Shown here in pieces: positions 27,699 to 37,700 of a stretch of DNA of 64,000 nt. The DNA is taken from positions 96,001 to 160,000 of the forward strand of contig CAVTCS010000003.1 of the NCBI GenBank assembly GCA_963733295.1, in the 5' to 3' direction. Numbering within the stretch: position 1 is the stretch's first letter; each line of letters begins with the position of its first letter. A model generated the notes under the pieces. That model did no database searches, was not told the DNA's origin, and worked only from the letters and a program-made list of their open reading frames with translations. Source of the stretch: Vulcanimicrobiota bacterium. Lineage in GTDB: Bacteria; Vulcanimicrobiota; Vulcanimicrobiia; Vulcanimicrobiales; Vulcanimicrobiaceae. Made by a program: the position numbers and the translations under genes.

Positions 27699-29944
27699 CG
27701 CGCGACGCTCACCGGCACGCTGCTCGGGATCGGCACGGAGAACGAGAACGACGAGTACCGGCCGACCTCGGACTGAACGACGATCTCGCCGCCCAACTCG
27801 TCGATGACGGTGCTCTTTACGGCATATAGCCCGATGCCGCGGCCGGCGTCGCTGGTCACTTCGTCGGCGGTCGAGAAGCCCGGTTGGAAGAGCGCGCCGA
27901 GCGCCGTCTCGTCGGAGATCGACTCGGCTTCGCTCGCGGTCAGGATGCCGGCAGCCACCGCGCGGGCCTTGATGCGCCGCGGGTCGATGCCGCGCCCGTC
28001 GTCGTGGAAGAGGAAGCCGAAGGCGCTGGGGTCTGAGCCGATCTTCTGTATCAAGAGCGTGCCGTGCTTGGGCTTGCCCGACAGCGCGCGGTCGTCGGGC
28101 GACTCGATCCCGTGGACGACGGCGTTGCGCACGAGTTGGATCAAGACGTCGCGTACCGCCCGGCGTTGCGGCTCGGGTAGCCCGCGCAGATCGAATTCGT
28201 CGACTTCGATCGCAACTTGCTTGCCGTACTTGCGCGAGAGGTTTCCAGCCAGGTCCATGAGGTTGGCGAGCGTGTTGTCCTGCGAGCCGTTTCCGTTGCC
28301 GCGCATCGCACCGGCGAAGGCGAGCGTCGGCACGGTCCGGACGTTGGTGAGCTTGCGGCGGAGTTCGTCGAGCTCTTTGAGCTCGGTGCGCAGCGCCGAT
28401 TGCGCCAGCACGATGGCCAGGAAGTCGTCGCCGCCCAGAACCGGCTTGCGGCGCAACTCTTCGATGCGCGTCTCGGCCTCGTGCGCCTTGCGCTCGAAAA
28501 AGTCGAGCTTGAGCATCGAGGCGTTGCCCTTGATGATGTGGACGCAGCGATAGACGGTGTCGAGACGCGAGCGCAAGCGTACCTGCGCGCTCACGGTGTT
28601 CTCGACGCCGGCTGCGGCGAACTCTTCGGCCTTCATCGCGTCGTTCATGATGCGCAGGTTTTCGGCCGCGGTCTGAACGAATTCGTCGAGCCCGCGCGGG
28701 TCGATGTTCATGATGTCGAGCAGCATGCCGAACTGGCGTTCCTTGCGCTGCTCCGACTCGCGCAATTCGCGCTCGAGGCGGACGCGTTCGGTAACGTCGG
28801 AAACGGCTACGAACACCTGCGAGATCTCTTCGTTCTCGTCGTAGATGCGGCGGAACTCGATCGTCAAGAAGCGCGTGTCGTAACCGCCGGTCGTCGCGTT
28901 CGGGAAGTTGACCTCGACCTCTTCGAGCGGGTTGATACGCTGCAGGGTGCGTTCGCTCTTCTCCTCGTTAAAGAGCATGTCCATATAATCTTTGGCCGTC
29001 TTGAACGAGCGTTCGCTGACTAGCGTCCGGATGATGTCGAGGAAATTGCGTTCTCCCAGAACTCTGATGCGTAGAATCGATTCCAGCTCGTGCGAATACT
29101 GGGGCGATATGAAATACTGCCGGTCGAGCAAGAGCAAGCCCTGACGGACCGTGCCCATGATCATGTCGGTGCTCGACTTCGCTTCGGCCAAGCTGCGGGT
29201 CGTGTCGCCGAGATTGTCGACGACGACTTTGAGCTGATCGGAGAACGAGCGTGCCGCGCGGATTCTCACGAAGATGCTGAACAGAATGATGATGAAGCCG
29301 AGCAGTGCGAAAGCGGTCCACGTGGTCCGCGCGTTGGAGAGAGCCTGCGCCTCGCGGCGCGCGTCGCGGTTGAGTTGCAGAGCGAGGTCGTTCATCAGCA
29401 CCGCGAGTCCGTTGCCGTTACCGACGACGGCTTTGCTGATGCCGTTGATTTGCTTCGCCGTCAAGTCGGTTTGCCCGGCGCTCTGCTCGATGACGTCGTA
29501 GACGGGCTTCCAAATCGAGTTGGCGTCGCTGATGAATTCCTGTTCGCTCGCGTCGGCGAGGGGTGCGACCGCGACCGTTTCGCCGCTCGCCAGCTGAGTG
29601 TCGCCGCCGTGTTGGAGCGCTTGCAGCGTTTCGTTGAAAACTTCGGCGGAAGACGCGAGTTCCGCGTGCGGATCGAGGTACGGCTTTTGGTTGAGTTCGT
29701 CGTTGGCGATCAGCAAGGCGTTCTTGGCCAGGTTCTGGGCCAAGTCTCGCTCCTGATTGGCAAGACCGCTGTTCTGTGCGGCTTGGGCGGTAAAGCGTGC
29801 GATCGCGTTGTTGTAGTTTGCGACGGCGATCAGCGAGATGACCGCCAGCAGCAAGCCGGCGAAGAAGAGGGCATAGGCCAGCGTCCGGCCGCTGGTGCGA
29901 CGCGCGTTCGAAAGCCCGCTGCCGGCGAAGCTAGCCATCGCCAC
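27695..29944 (-). CDS. CheA-like (class III) histidine kinase: TM-PilJ-like sensor-TM, PAS-like, HPt, HATPase; no CheW domain
   Basis: VHIIKGNAS (HPt), QLVRNAVVHGIE, DDGRGID, PGFSTADEVTSDAGRGIGL; protein ends right after the HATPase domain. Confidence 0.88.
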   Translation of the reverse strand: MAMASFAGSGLSNARRTSGRTLAYALFFAGLLLAVISLIAVANYNNAIARFTAQAAQNSGLANQERDLAQNLAKNALLIANDELNQKPYLDPHAELASSAEVFNETLQALQHGGDTQLASGETVAVAPLADASEQEFISDANSIWKPVYDVIEQSAGQTDLTAKQINGISKAVVGNGNGLAVLMNDLALQLNRDARREAQALSNARTTWTAFALLGFIIILFSIFVRIRAARSFSDQLKVVVDNLGDTTRSLAEAKSSTDMIMGTVRQGLLLLDRQYFISPQYSHELESILRIRVLGERNFLDIIRTLVSERSFKTAKDYMDMLFNEEKSERTLQRINPLEEVEVNFPNATTGGYDTRFLTIEFRRIYDENEEISQVFVAVSDVTERVRLERELRESEQRKERQFGMLLDIMNIDPRGLDEFVQTAAENLRIMNDAMKAEEFAAAGVENTVSAQVRLRSRLDTVYRCVHIIKGNASMLKLDFFERKAHEAETRIEELRRKPVLGGDDFLAIVLAQSALRTELKELDELRRKLTNVRTVPTLAFAGAMRGNGNGSQDNTLANLMDLAGNLSRKYGKQVAIEVDEFDLRGLPEPQRRAVRDVLIQLVRNAVVHGIESPDDRALSGKPKHGTLLIQKIGSDPSAFGFLFHDDGRGIDPRRIKARAVAAGILTASEAESISDETALGALFQPGFSTADEVTSDAGRGIGLYAVKSTVIDELGGEIVVQSEVGRYSSFSFSVPIPSSVPVSVAR

Positions 29945-30116
29945 GGCGGACCGCGTCTTTCTTGGTGGAGCCCTCGGCAGCGCGCGCCAGCTGTTCGCCG
30001 AATGAAGTCTCGAACTGGTCGAAATAACGAAACAGGTTAAAGCCCACGAAAACGATCAGCGCGAGCATGAATACGACGAGGAACGCAGGGAAAAGTGTAT
30101 CGGCTCCTTGCAGCAC
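29931..30116 (-). CDS. Small single-TM protein upstream of the kinase
   Basis: GGAG RBS + GTG; TM LFPAFLVVFMLALIVFVGFNLF; overlaps the kinase start. Confidence 0.65.
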   Translation of the reverse strand: MLQGADTLFPAFLVVFMLALIVFVGFNLFRYFDQFETSFGEQLARAAEGSTKKDAVRRGDG

Positions 30117-30388
30117 GTTCGTTATCTCCGTTCGCGCGGACTAAGAACCGTCGAAGGTCGCTGGCACATATCGTACATCGCCTTAGTTTTCCGGTACCGC
30201 CTTGGGACACCAAGAGGGCCGAAACGTCTTGTTCAACAGACGAAGGAATTTTTCCGTTCACGCAAGCGTTCGGAAACGCTGGTCGTAACAGGTCGACTGA
30301 ATCCGAGACATTCGCACGCCGCGGCGTTGTTGTAAAGTGTTCCGAGACACATCCCGAGGATGAGACTCGGGGCCCGGGGGGTGAAAGC

Positions 30389-30571
30389 GTGGCCAAGAAG
30401 GCTAAGTCCAAGGTAAAGGTCGTCCCGCGCATGGGGCCGCCGGTCAATCTCCGACCCGGCGGGGCGCACAAAGGAAAGCGCCGCAAGACTCGCGCCGAAG
30501 AAAAGAGGGTGGTCCTCATGGAAGATGTTCCTACCCCCGAAGCTTCAAGGCTCGAAGATGAGGGCCGATAG
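30389..30571 (+). CDS. Small basic protein (60 aa)
   Basis: G-rich RBS + GTG; MAKKAKSKVKVVPRMGPPVNLRPGGAHKGKRRKTRAEEK... Confidence 0.55.
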   Translation: MAKKAKSKVKVVPRMGPPVNLRPGGAHKGKRRKTRAEEKRVVLMEDVPTPEASRLEDEGR

Positions 30572-30598
30572 TTCTAATAACACTCCGATCGAGGTAGT

Positions 30599-32353
30599 TT
30601 GGTCTTGACGCAGACGTCGGTTGGTGCGGCTTCCGAGACGCCGCCGGGCCGGCTCAGCCCGCTCGTGCTTGCAGCTCCGTTCGTCGGGGCTATCTTGGTT
30701 TTGGGTGCGGTCGGAATCTTAGCCTACTGGGCGTACCCGGTGCGCGGCACCGAGATCGCCGGCGCAGCGGCTGCCGGCGTACTCGGGGTCGCCCTGGCGT
30801 TTTGGGCCACCGCGTACCGGGAGCGCAAGGAGCGCGACCGCCTGCAGAACTACGCCGCCCAAGTCGAGCAGCAGAACGCCGGGCTCTGGCGTCAAGAGCG
30901 CGAGTTGGAGGCCGCGAAGGAAGAGTCGGACCTCGTCCTCGGACACGTCCGCGCCCACCTCATGCTCATCGACTCGTCCTTCTTGATCCAGAGCCGCTAC
31001 TCGTCCGAACTCGAGAATGTCTTCCGGCAGAGCGAGCTCGGCAACGAGAATTTCCTCAACGTGCTCCAGCGCTTGCTTTCGGAGCGCATGTTCAAGACAT
31101 CGCGCGATTATCTGACGCTGCTGTTCGACCCCACCAAGAAAGAGCGGACGATTCTCAAGATCAATCCGCTCGACGAAATCGAGGTCTCGGTCGAGAACCC
31201 TGACGGAACCGCAACGCTCAAGTATCTCAGCTTCGGTTTCCGGCGCATCGTTCAGAACGACGTCATCACGCGCTGCCTGATCACGGTCGAAGATGTAACC
31301 GATCGCGCCACGCGCGAACGTCAGTTGCGCGAGTCCGAGCAGCAGAAGGTCAAGCAGTTCGAGCTGCTCATCGGCATCATCCATGTGGATCCCGCGGCGC
31401 TCGACGGCTTCGTGACGACGACGCAGGATCAGCTGCGCGTGGTAGACGAGGCGCTGAAGGTTTCGGACTTCGCCTCGGCCACGATCGGACAGACCGCGCT
31501 CTTGCGCCAGCGGCTCGATACGGTCGCGCAGCGGGTGCACAACATCAAGGGTAACGCGACGCTGCTCGGCCTCGATCATTTCGAGCGAAAAGCAGCGGAG
31601 TTCGAGCAGCGGATCTTCGATCTCAAGAACCGGCCGGCGCTCGGCGGCGACGATTTTCTCGCCGTCGTCATCGGTCTGGCCGATTTCCGCTCCGATCTCG
31701 AAGACTTGCAGACCTTACGCGGTAAGCTCGCCGGCATTCAGCGCGTCGCGCGCATCCGTAAAGAAGGCGGCGACGATTTGGTCGCGAGCCTCAACCAGCT
31801 CGTGCGTCAGATGGGCGCCAAACTCGGCAAAGAGGTTCGCATCAACGCCGACGCCTTCGACACGCGCGCGCTGCCCCCCGAGCGGCGTCTGGTCGTCAAA
31901 GACGTCCTCATTCAGTTGACGCGAAACAGCTTGACGCACGGGGTTGAGGACCCCGCTGTTCGCGAAGCGGCGGGCAAGCCGCGCGTCGCGACGATCGACA
32001 TCCATCCGATGTACGACACGCCGTCGGGCAGTTTCGCCTTCACCTTCCGCGACGACGGATTGGGACTCGACCCCGCGAAGATTCGTCAGCGCGCGGTCGA
32101 GCTTGGAATCCTGACTGCCGAGCGAGCGCGCAACGTCGACGACTCGGAGGTAGCCGGAGTCATCTTCACGCCCGGTTTTACGACGGTCGACGAGACGACC
32201 AGCGAAGCGGGACGCGGAATGGGCATGAACGTCATCAAGCAGCTCGTCGTGGACGAGTGCGCGGGCGAGATCTTGGTCAATTCGGAGGTCGGGCAGTTCT
32301 GCGAGTTCAGCTTCGTTCTGCCGGTGCAGGCCCCGGAACTCGCCGCGCGCTAG
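30599..32353 (+). CDS. Second CheA-like (class III) histidine kinase, 2 TM without periplasmic domain
   Basis: GAGG RBS; VHNIKGNAT, QLTRNSLTHGVE, DDGLGLD, AGRGMGM; paralogous to 27695-29944. Confidence 0.88.
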   Translation: MVLTQTSVGAASETPPGRLSPLVLAAPFVGAILVLGAVGILAYWAYPVRGTEIAGAAAAGVLGVALAFWATAYRERKERDRLQNYAAQVEQQNAGLWRQERELEAAKEESDLVLGHVRAHLMLIDSSFLIQSRYSSELENVFRQSELGNENFLNVLQRLLSERMFKTSRDYLTLLFDPTKKERTILKINPLDEIEVSVENPDGTATLKYLSFGFRRIVQNDVITRCLITVEDVTDRATRERQLRESEQQKVKQFELLIGIIHVDPAALDGFVTTTQDQLRVVDEALKVSDFASATIGQTALLRQRLDTVAQRVHNIKGNATLLGLDHFERKAAEFEQRIFDLKNRPALGGDDFLAVVIGLADFRSDLEDLQTLRGKLAGIQRVARIRKEGGDDLVASLNQLVRQMGAKLGKEVRINADAFDTRALPPERRLVVKDVLIQLTRNSLTHGVEDPAVREAAGKPRVATIDIHPMYDTPSGSFAFTFRDDGLGLDPAKIRQRAVELGILTAERARNVDDSEVAGVIFTPGFTTVDETTSEAGRGMGMNVIKQLVVDECAGEILVNSEVGQFCEFSFVLPVQAPELAAR

Positions 32354-32366
32354 TCTCGACTTTCCG

Positions 32367-32720
32367 ATGAGAATGCTCTTAGTCGACGACTCAGACTTCA
32401 TGCGTCAGGCGATTCAGCGCACGATCGAACGCCCCGAGGATCAGATTCAGACCGCTTCGAACGGCGTCGAAGCGCTGCGCATCGTCGAATACTTCGATCC
32501 CGAGATCGTCACGATGGACATCTCGATGCCGGAGATGGACGGACTCACCTGCATCGAGGGATTGCTGCGGCGCCGGCCGCGCGCGCGCATTCTCGTGATC
32601 TCGGCGCTCAAGGACAAACCGACCGCGGTCGAAGCGGTGCGCCGCGGCGCGCAAGGTTTTCTGCTCAAGCCCTTTACGCCCGAAGCGCTGAGCTACGAGA
32701 TCAGCGATCTCATCGCCTAG
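32367..32720 (+). CDS. CheY-like single-domain response regulator
   Basis: LLVDD, VTMDISMPEMDG, LLKPF. Confidence 0.92.
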   Translation: MRMLLVDDSDFMRQAIQRTIERPEDQIQTASNGVEALRIVEYFDPEIVTMDISMPEMDGLTCIEGLLRRRPRARILVISALKDKPTAVEAVRRGAQGFLLKPFTPEALSYEISDLIA

Positions 32721-32735
32721 GCCGGCGGCGTCTCT

Positions 32736-34727
32736 CTAGGGCTTGTTGTCGCCGAGGAGACCGAAGTCGCGCGCGATCCGATCTGCGACCGACGGCTCGT
32801 CGGGATTTGAGACGATCTCTTCCTCCGCCGGACGTCGCTTGCCGAAGAGGCCGCCGAAAAGTGGACGCTTCGCCTGGGGTTCGGGCGCAATCGGACGGGA
32901 AGCCTCATGCGGAATCGGATACGCCCCGCTGCCGTTGACATAGGGTTTGGGGATATTGCCGTTGCCGCTCACCGGAACGATCCGGCCGTTCGTGGGAACG
33001 ATCGCGCCACTGGTCGGCGCCGAGCCGGCGGCGGGCGGGACGGCTGCCGGCGGCGGGACTGCGCCGTTCGGCGGCGGTGAAACGGACGACAGCGGCGGCG
33101 GGGCCGTGGCGTAGCCGGGAGGCGGATTGGCGGGCGCTTTGAAGGGCGCGTCGACGCCGGTCGGCGTGGTCGGCAGTCCGGGAGTTCCCGTGCCGTTCGT
33201 GTGCACGCCGTTACCGTTCGCGTAGTTCCCGTTCAGAGCGCCCGGATATTGGCGTGCAGCGAGTTCGCGTTCGATGCGCTCGCGCACTTCGCGCTCGATC
33301 TGTTCGCGTTGCAGGCGCCCTTCGTCGCTCCGCGCCGCGTCGGCGCGAGCGGCTTCCATCCGTTCGCGTTCCTGGCGTTCGCGGTCGACGCGCTCCCGCT
33401 CGGCGCGCTCGTAATCGAGGCGCTCCAACAGAAGCCGCTGATCGCGCTCGCGCTGGAGGCGTTCCTGTTCTTCGCGCTGTTGCAGCATTCGCTGCTGCTC
33501 GGCCCGTTCGCGTTCGAAACGTTCTTGCAATTCGCGCTGCTCGCGCTCGTGCGCCGCCGCGAGCTCGCGCTCTTGCTGCGCCCGAGCCTGTTCGGCGCGT
33601 TCGCGAGCGATGCGCTCTTGCTCGAAGCGCTCGCGGGCTTCCCGTGCGACACGCTCTTGCTCGGCGCGCTGCAGCTCGGCGGCCTCGCGTTGCCGGCGTT
33701 CTTCTTCGGCGCGTTCGCGGCGTTCGATCTCGGCGCGTTCGCGCTGCAAACGTTCGAGCTCGGCCCGTTCGCGTTCCTGACGCTCGACCTCGGCCCGCTC
33801 GCGTTCCTGTCGCTCCAGCTCGGCCCGCTCGCGTTCGTGCCGCTCGCGCTCGACCCGCTCGCGTTCCTGCCGCTCGCGTTCGGCTCGCATCTGGGCCTGC
33901 TGTTGTTCGTCGGCTATCAGCGCTGCCAACAGGCGCTCCTGTTCGATGCGTTCGCGCGCGATCGAATCTTCGCGGGTGCGCAGTTCGACGATGCGCGCTT
34001 CGAGTTCTTGCCGCGCTTGACCGCGCGCGTCGCGCAAGCGCTGCACGGCTGCCGCATGTTCGCCCGCCAGCCGTTGCTGGTGGAGGTCGTAGAGGGCGAC
34101 GGCGTTCACCGCGAGTTCGAGCGCGCGCTCGGTGCGCTCGATTTCGGCGCCGATCGCTCCCACGTGCTCGTCAGCGACGCGGCGGTCGGACGCAGAACGG
34201 GCGACGATGTCGCGCTCCGCCATGACGTGCGCTTCGAGTTGTGCGCGCTGCTTCGAGAGTTTTTCTTCCTCGAGACGCTCGCCGACCGCGCGCGTCTGCG
34301 CTTGTGCAGCTTCGCGAGCCGAGCGATCCTCGACGAGCAGTTCCCGGTCGGCGCGTTCTTTGTCGCCCGAGCGTTCCGCTTCGATCCGCGCGGCGGCGGC
34401 GAAGGTGGCCGCGGCACGGAATCCCAGCGCTCGTTGTTCGGCTTGCGAGCGGCGCTTGCGCGCCATCTCCTCGGCTTCGATCATTTCGTTGAGCTGGCGC
34501 TCGACGTCGCCGCGATCGAAATCGGTCGCAAAACTGGATGCCGGTTGGTGGCGGTCGTGTGCGGCGTCTTCCGCGTTGCGCAGATCCGCTCTCAGACGTT
34601 CGAGCGTGGCACGCAACGACTCGATCGATGCGACCTGCGCGTTGCGCTCGTCGAGAGCACGTCGCCCTTCGGCGCTCAGCCCTTGCAGCTGCGCCTCGAT
34701 CGCCGAGACATTTTCGCGCTCAACCAT
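32736..34727 (-). CDS. Long E/R/Q-rich coiled-coil protein with Pro-rich C-terminus
   Basis: ERERAELERQ-type 10-aa repeats (about 33690-33885); overlaps the upstream gene by 8 nt. Confidence 0.85.
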   Translation of the reverse strand: MVERENVSAIEAQLQGLSAEGRRALDERNAQVASIESLRATLERLRADLRNAEDAAHDRHQPASSFATDFDRGDVERQLNEMIEAEEMARKRRSQAEQRALGFRAAATFAAAARIEAERSGDKERADRELLVEDRSAREAAQAQTRAVGERLEEEKLSKQRAQLEAHVMAERDIVARSASDRRVADEHVGAIGAEIERTERALELAVNAVALYDLHQQRLAGEHAAAVQRLRDARGQARQELEARIVELRTREDSIARERIEQERLLAALIADEQQQAQMRAERERQERERVERERHERERAELERQERERAEVERQERERAELERLQRERAEIERRERAEEERRQREAAELQRAEQERVAREARERFEQERIARERAEQARAQQERELAAAHEREQRELQERFERERAEQQRMLQQREEQERLQRERDQRLLLERLDYERAERERVDRERQERERMEAARADAARSDEGRLQREQIEREVRERIERELAARQYPGALNGNYANGNGVHTNGTGTPGLPTTPTGVDAPFKAPANPPPGYATAPPPLSSVSPPPNGAVPPPAAVPPAAGSAPTSGAIVPTNGRIVPVSGNGNIPKPYVNGSGAYPIPHEASRPIAPEPQAKRPLFGGLFGKRRPAEEEIVSNPDEPSVADRIARDFGLLGDNKP

Positions 34728-37700
34728 CGATGACGTCGTCCAGTGCGTGTTTACCGTTGCTCGACGGCGCTTGTAGCGGAGGCGCCGAGAGCGGCGAGGG
34801 CCCGATCCGCACTCGTATCGGCGGCCGTGCGGGTCGCAGGGAGATCGTCACACGCTGTCCCGGAGGAGAATGACTCCCCGAGAATGGCGGAGACGAGGAC
34901 TCTTTTTGTTCTGCGCCGGCGGCTCCACGTACTGCCTGATCGGCGGTCGCTTCCTGACTCTCTCTAAAGGAAGGCAGCGAGGGTATGCCACCTGGGCCCA
35001 GGGGCAGTGGAGCGGTCTGTAGCGGGAGCGGCGTGGCTAGCGGTGGCGCTGCCTGAGCTGGTGCCTGGGGGACGGCCGACTCCGGTCGCGCGGACTCTGC
35101 CTGTACCAAGCCGGGCTGCACGGCGAGCTGCGAAACCGGGGCGCTGTAAGCCGGCGGGCTGTACGCCGGCACTTCGAAACGGGGCTCTTGGTACGACTGT
35201 TGCGCTGCCGTCGAGGGCGGTTGGGTCCGTGTCTCGGGCGGCATGCTCGAGCCGAAGCTTGCAGCAGGCTGTTCGGGTCGCGCGTATTCCGGCGGCAACG
35301 CCCTGTCGTCTCGCGTCGGCGGCATCGCAATCGGCTGCGAAGGCGGGCTCGCCGGGGGCGGCGTCCCGAAAGGCGTCACGGGCGGGAGCGGCTGCGAGCC
35401 GAAGGGCGGCGGCGAGGCGGCCCGCTCCGGGGCGGGCGGTGGCGGCGCGAACGGCGGAGAAGCGGCGGCCGGCGCCGCAGGTGCTGGGAACCGTGGAGCG
35501 AGCTCGGGGGCCGGAGGCGGAGGAACCGGCGCCTGCGCGATCGGAGGCGGCGGCGGCGCAATCGGTCCTTGTGCGACCGGCGGGGGCGGAGCGATCCGCA
35601 CTTGCGCGACCGGCGGGGGCGGAGCGATCCGCACTTGCGCGACCGGCGGGGGCGGAGCGATCGGTGCTTGCGCGACCGGCGGGGGCGCGGGCGATTGCGT
35701 GAGCTGCGGCCGGGAGGGTGGCTGCGAGATGCTGGTGTGGATGGTGACGGGCGCGCCCGGCGGGCGAACTGGAGCCGGCGGGGGCACTTGCGCCGACGGC
35801 GGCGCGTATGCCGTGGGTGGGGGCGCCTGCGCCGGCTGCGCTGCGGCGTGCTGGTTTAGCGGGGGGAGAGGTTCCTCCGCAGGGATCCAGCCCGCCATCT
35901 CGGGAGGCGGCCCTTCCTGCGGCGTCGTGATGGCGCGCGCAAAGTCATCGTCAAAGGACTTCGGAATCAGCCAGCCCTCGAGCTCGGGCGCGGAAGAGTG
36001 CGGCGTCTCGGCCAACGTGAATCCGCCGATCGTCGCCTGGTACGGTGCGGCGGGTGGCGGCGCAGCAGGCGGCGGAGCGTAGGCGGGTTGCGGTGCGGCA
36101 GCTGCAGGCTGCGCGTACGATGGCGGCGGCGAGGCGTACGGTGAGTGCGCCGGGGGTGGAACGTATGGCGGCAACGGTGCGGCCGCGGCCGGAGGAAGTT
36201 GCGGGTACGACGGGAGCGCGCGTCCGGCTACGAACGGATCCGCGTCGATCGAGACCGGCGCGTCGAGTGGGGCCGCCGCCGCACGCTGCCCGTGTTCGTA
36301 GAAGCCGGGCGGGCGTTCGGGTTCCCGCACGGGGACGACCGGCTCGGGTTCGGGGTCCGCGAAGAGCGCCGCCGACTGTTCGGCTAAACGCTTCTTCGTT
36401 TCGAGAATTTCGGCAGCCAGTTGTTCGGGCGACCCCGTGCGTTGCATGACGACCGCGAGGTCTCCGCTGCCGCGCGGCGGAGGCGCGTAGAAGCCGGACG
36501 TTTGCGGCTCGTCTTGCGCCGGCGCATCAGCCGGCGGCAAGGTGCGCAGGCGCCCGCGCCCCGCGTAATAGACGTTTGCCGCGCGCGCCAGGGTGAGCAG
36601 CGTCCGCAAAGGCGGTGAGAGCACGTCGACGAGGCGCTCCCGCAGGTTCCCGTCGGAGAACCAGCGGTCGATGACCTGCCAGAAGACCACGCCCATGATA
36701 ATTGCGATTGCGCCCGCGTTGGCGGCAGCGCCTTCTGGTCCAATCGAATGAAGCGCAAGTTGCCGGGTCAGGAACGAGGTCACCGGGTCGGCGATCAGCG
36801 AGATGGCAAACGAAGCGGCCGCGAGCATGCCAAAAATGCGAAGTCCGAAGACCCGTTCGATCACTCCGAAGAACCCGACTCCGACGAGCAAGAAGAAGAG
36901 TGCGACCTGCCAGGCGGGGTTGATGGAGTAGATTGCAGGCTGGCCGGCAGCTCCCGGGAGCGCGGAGAGCGCGGGCTCGAGATAGACCGCGATGACCCCG
37001 GCGACGAGCGCGAGCGGAAGAGCCAGCCGCTCGATCCGGTGGCGCTGCGCCCGGATGTCGGCGGCGAGGATGCCCAGCATGAACGCGGGCAGGACACCTA
37101 CACCGGCGCCGTGAGCCGGCGTAAAGAGGTCCAAAATCCAAAAAGCGGCCGTCGCGCCGAAGAAGATCAGCGGCCAGCGCACCCAAAGCAGTACGAGGAA
37201 CGGGAAAAGGACGTACCAGCGCATCGTGAGCGCCAGGGACCAAAAACCATCGTTCGGGATCGCGTTGCCGGCGAACAGAGCCTGGCGCACGATGTCGCCC
37301 CGATTCGGGACGGCCCCTTCCAGTGGGACGAGGGATAACTGCGTCGCCAGGAGCGGCACGAGAACCATCAGGGCGATGGCCACGTAATACGTTGGAACGA
37401 TCCGCAGGATGCGCTTGAGAGCATAGCGCGAGACGTCCAGGTAGGTGTGACCCTCCTGGTGGACGAGGGTCAGGATCGGGTAGGCGAGCGCGAACCCCGA
37501 TATGACGAAAAAGAGGTCCAGGCCGTGGGCGCAGGCACGGTAGACGGCGGCCACTTCGGGCCTGGCGTGCGCGGCGAGGTTCGCATGCTTAGCCACCTCT
37601 GCGACCAAGACCGCCAAAATGGCGAGCGAGCGCAGTCCGTCGAGGTATCCAAAACGCTCGCGGACGACATCGCTCGACGGGATTTCCTCGCGTGCGAGGA

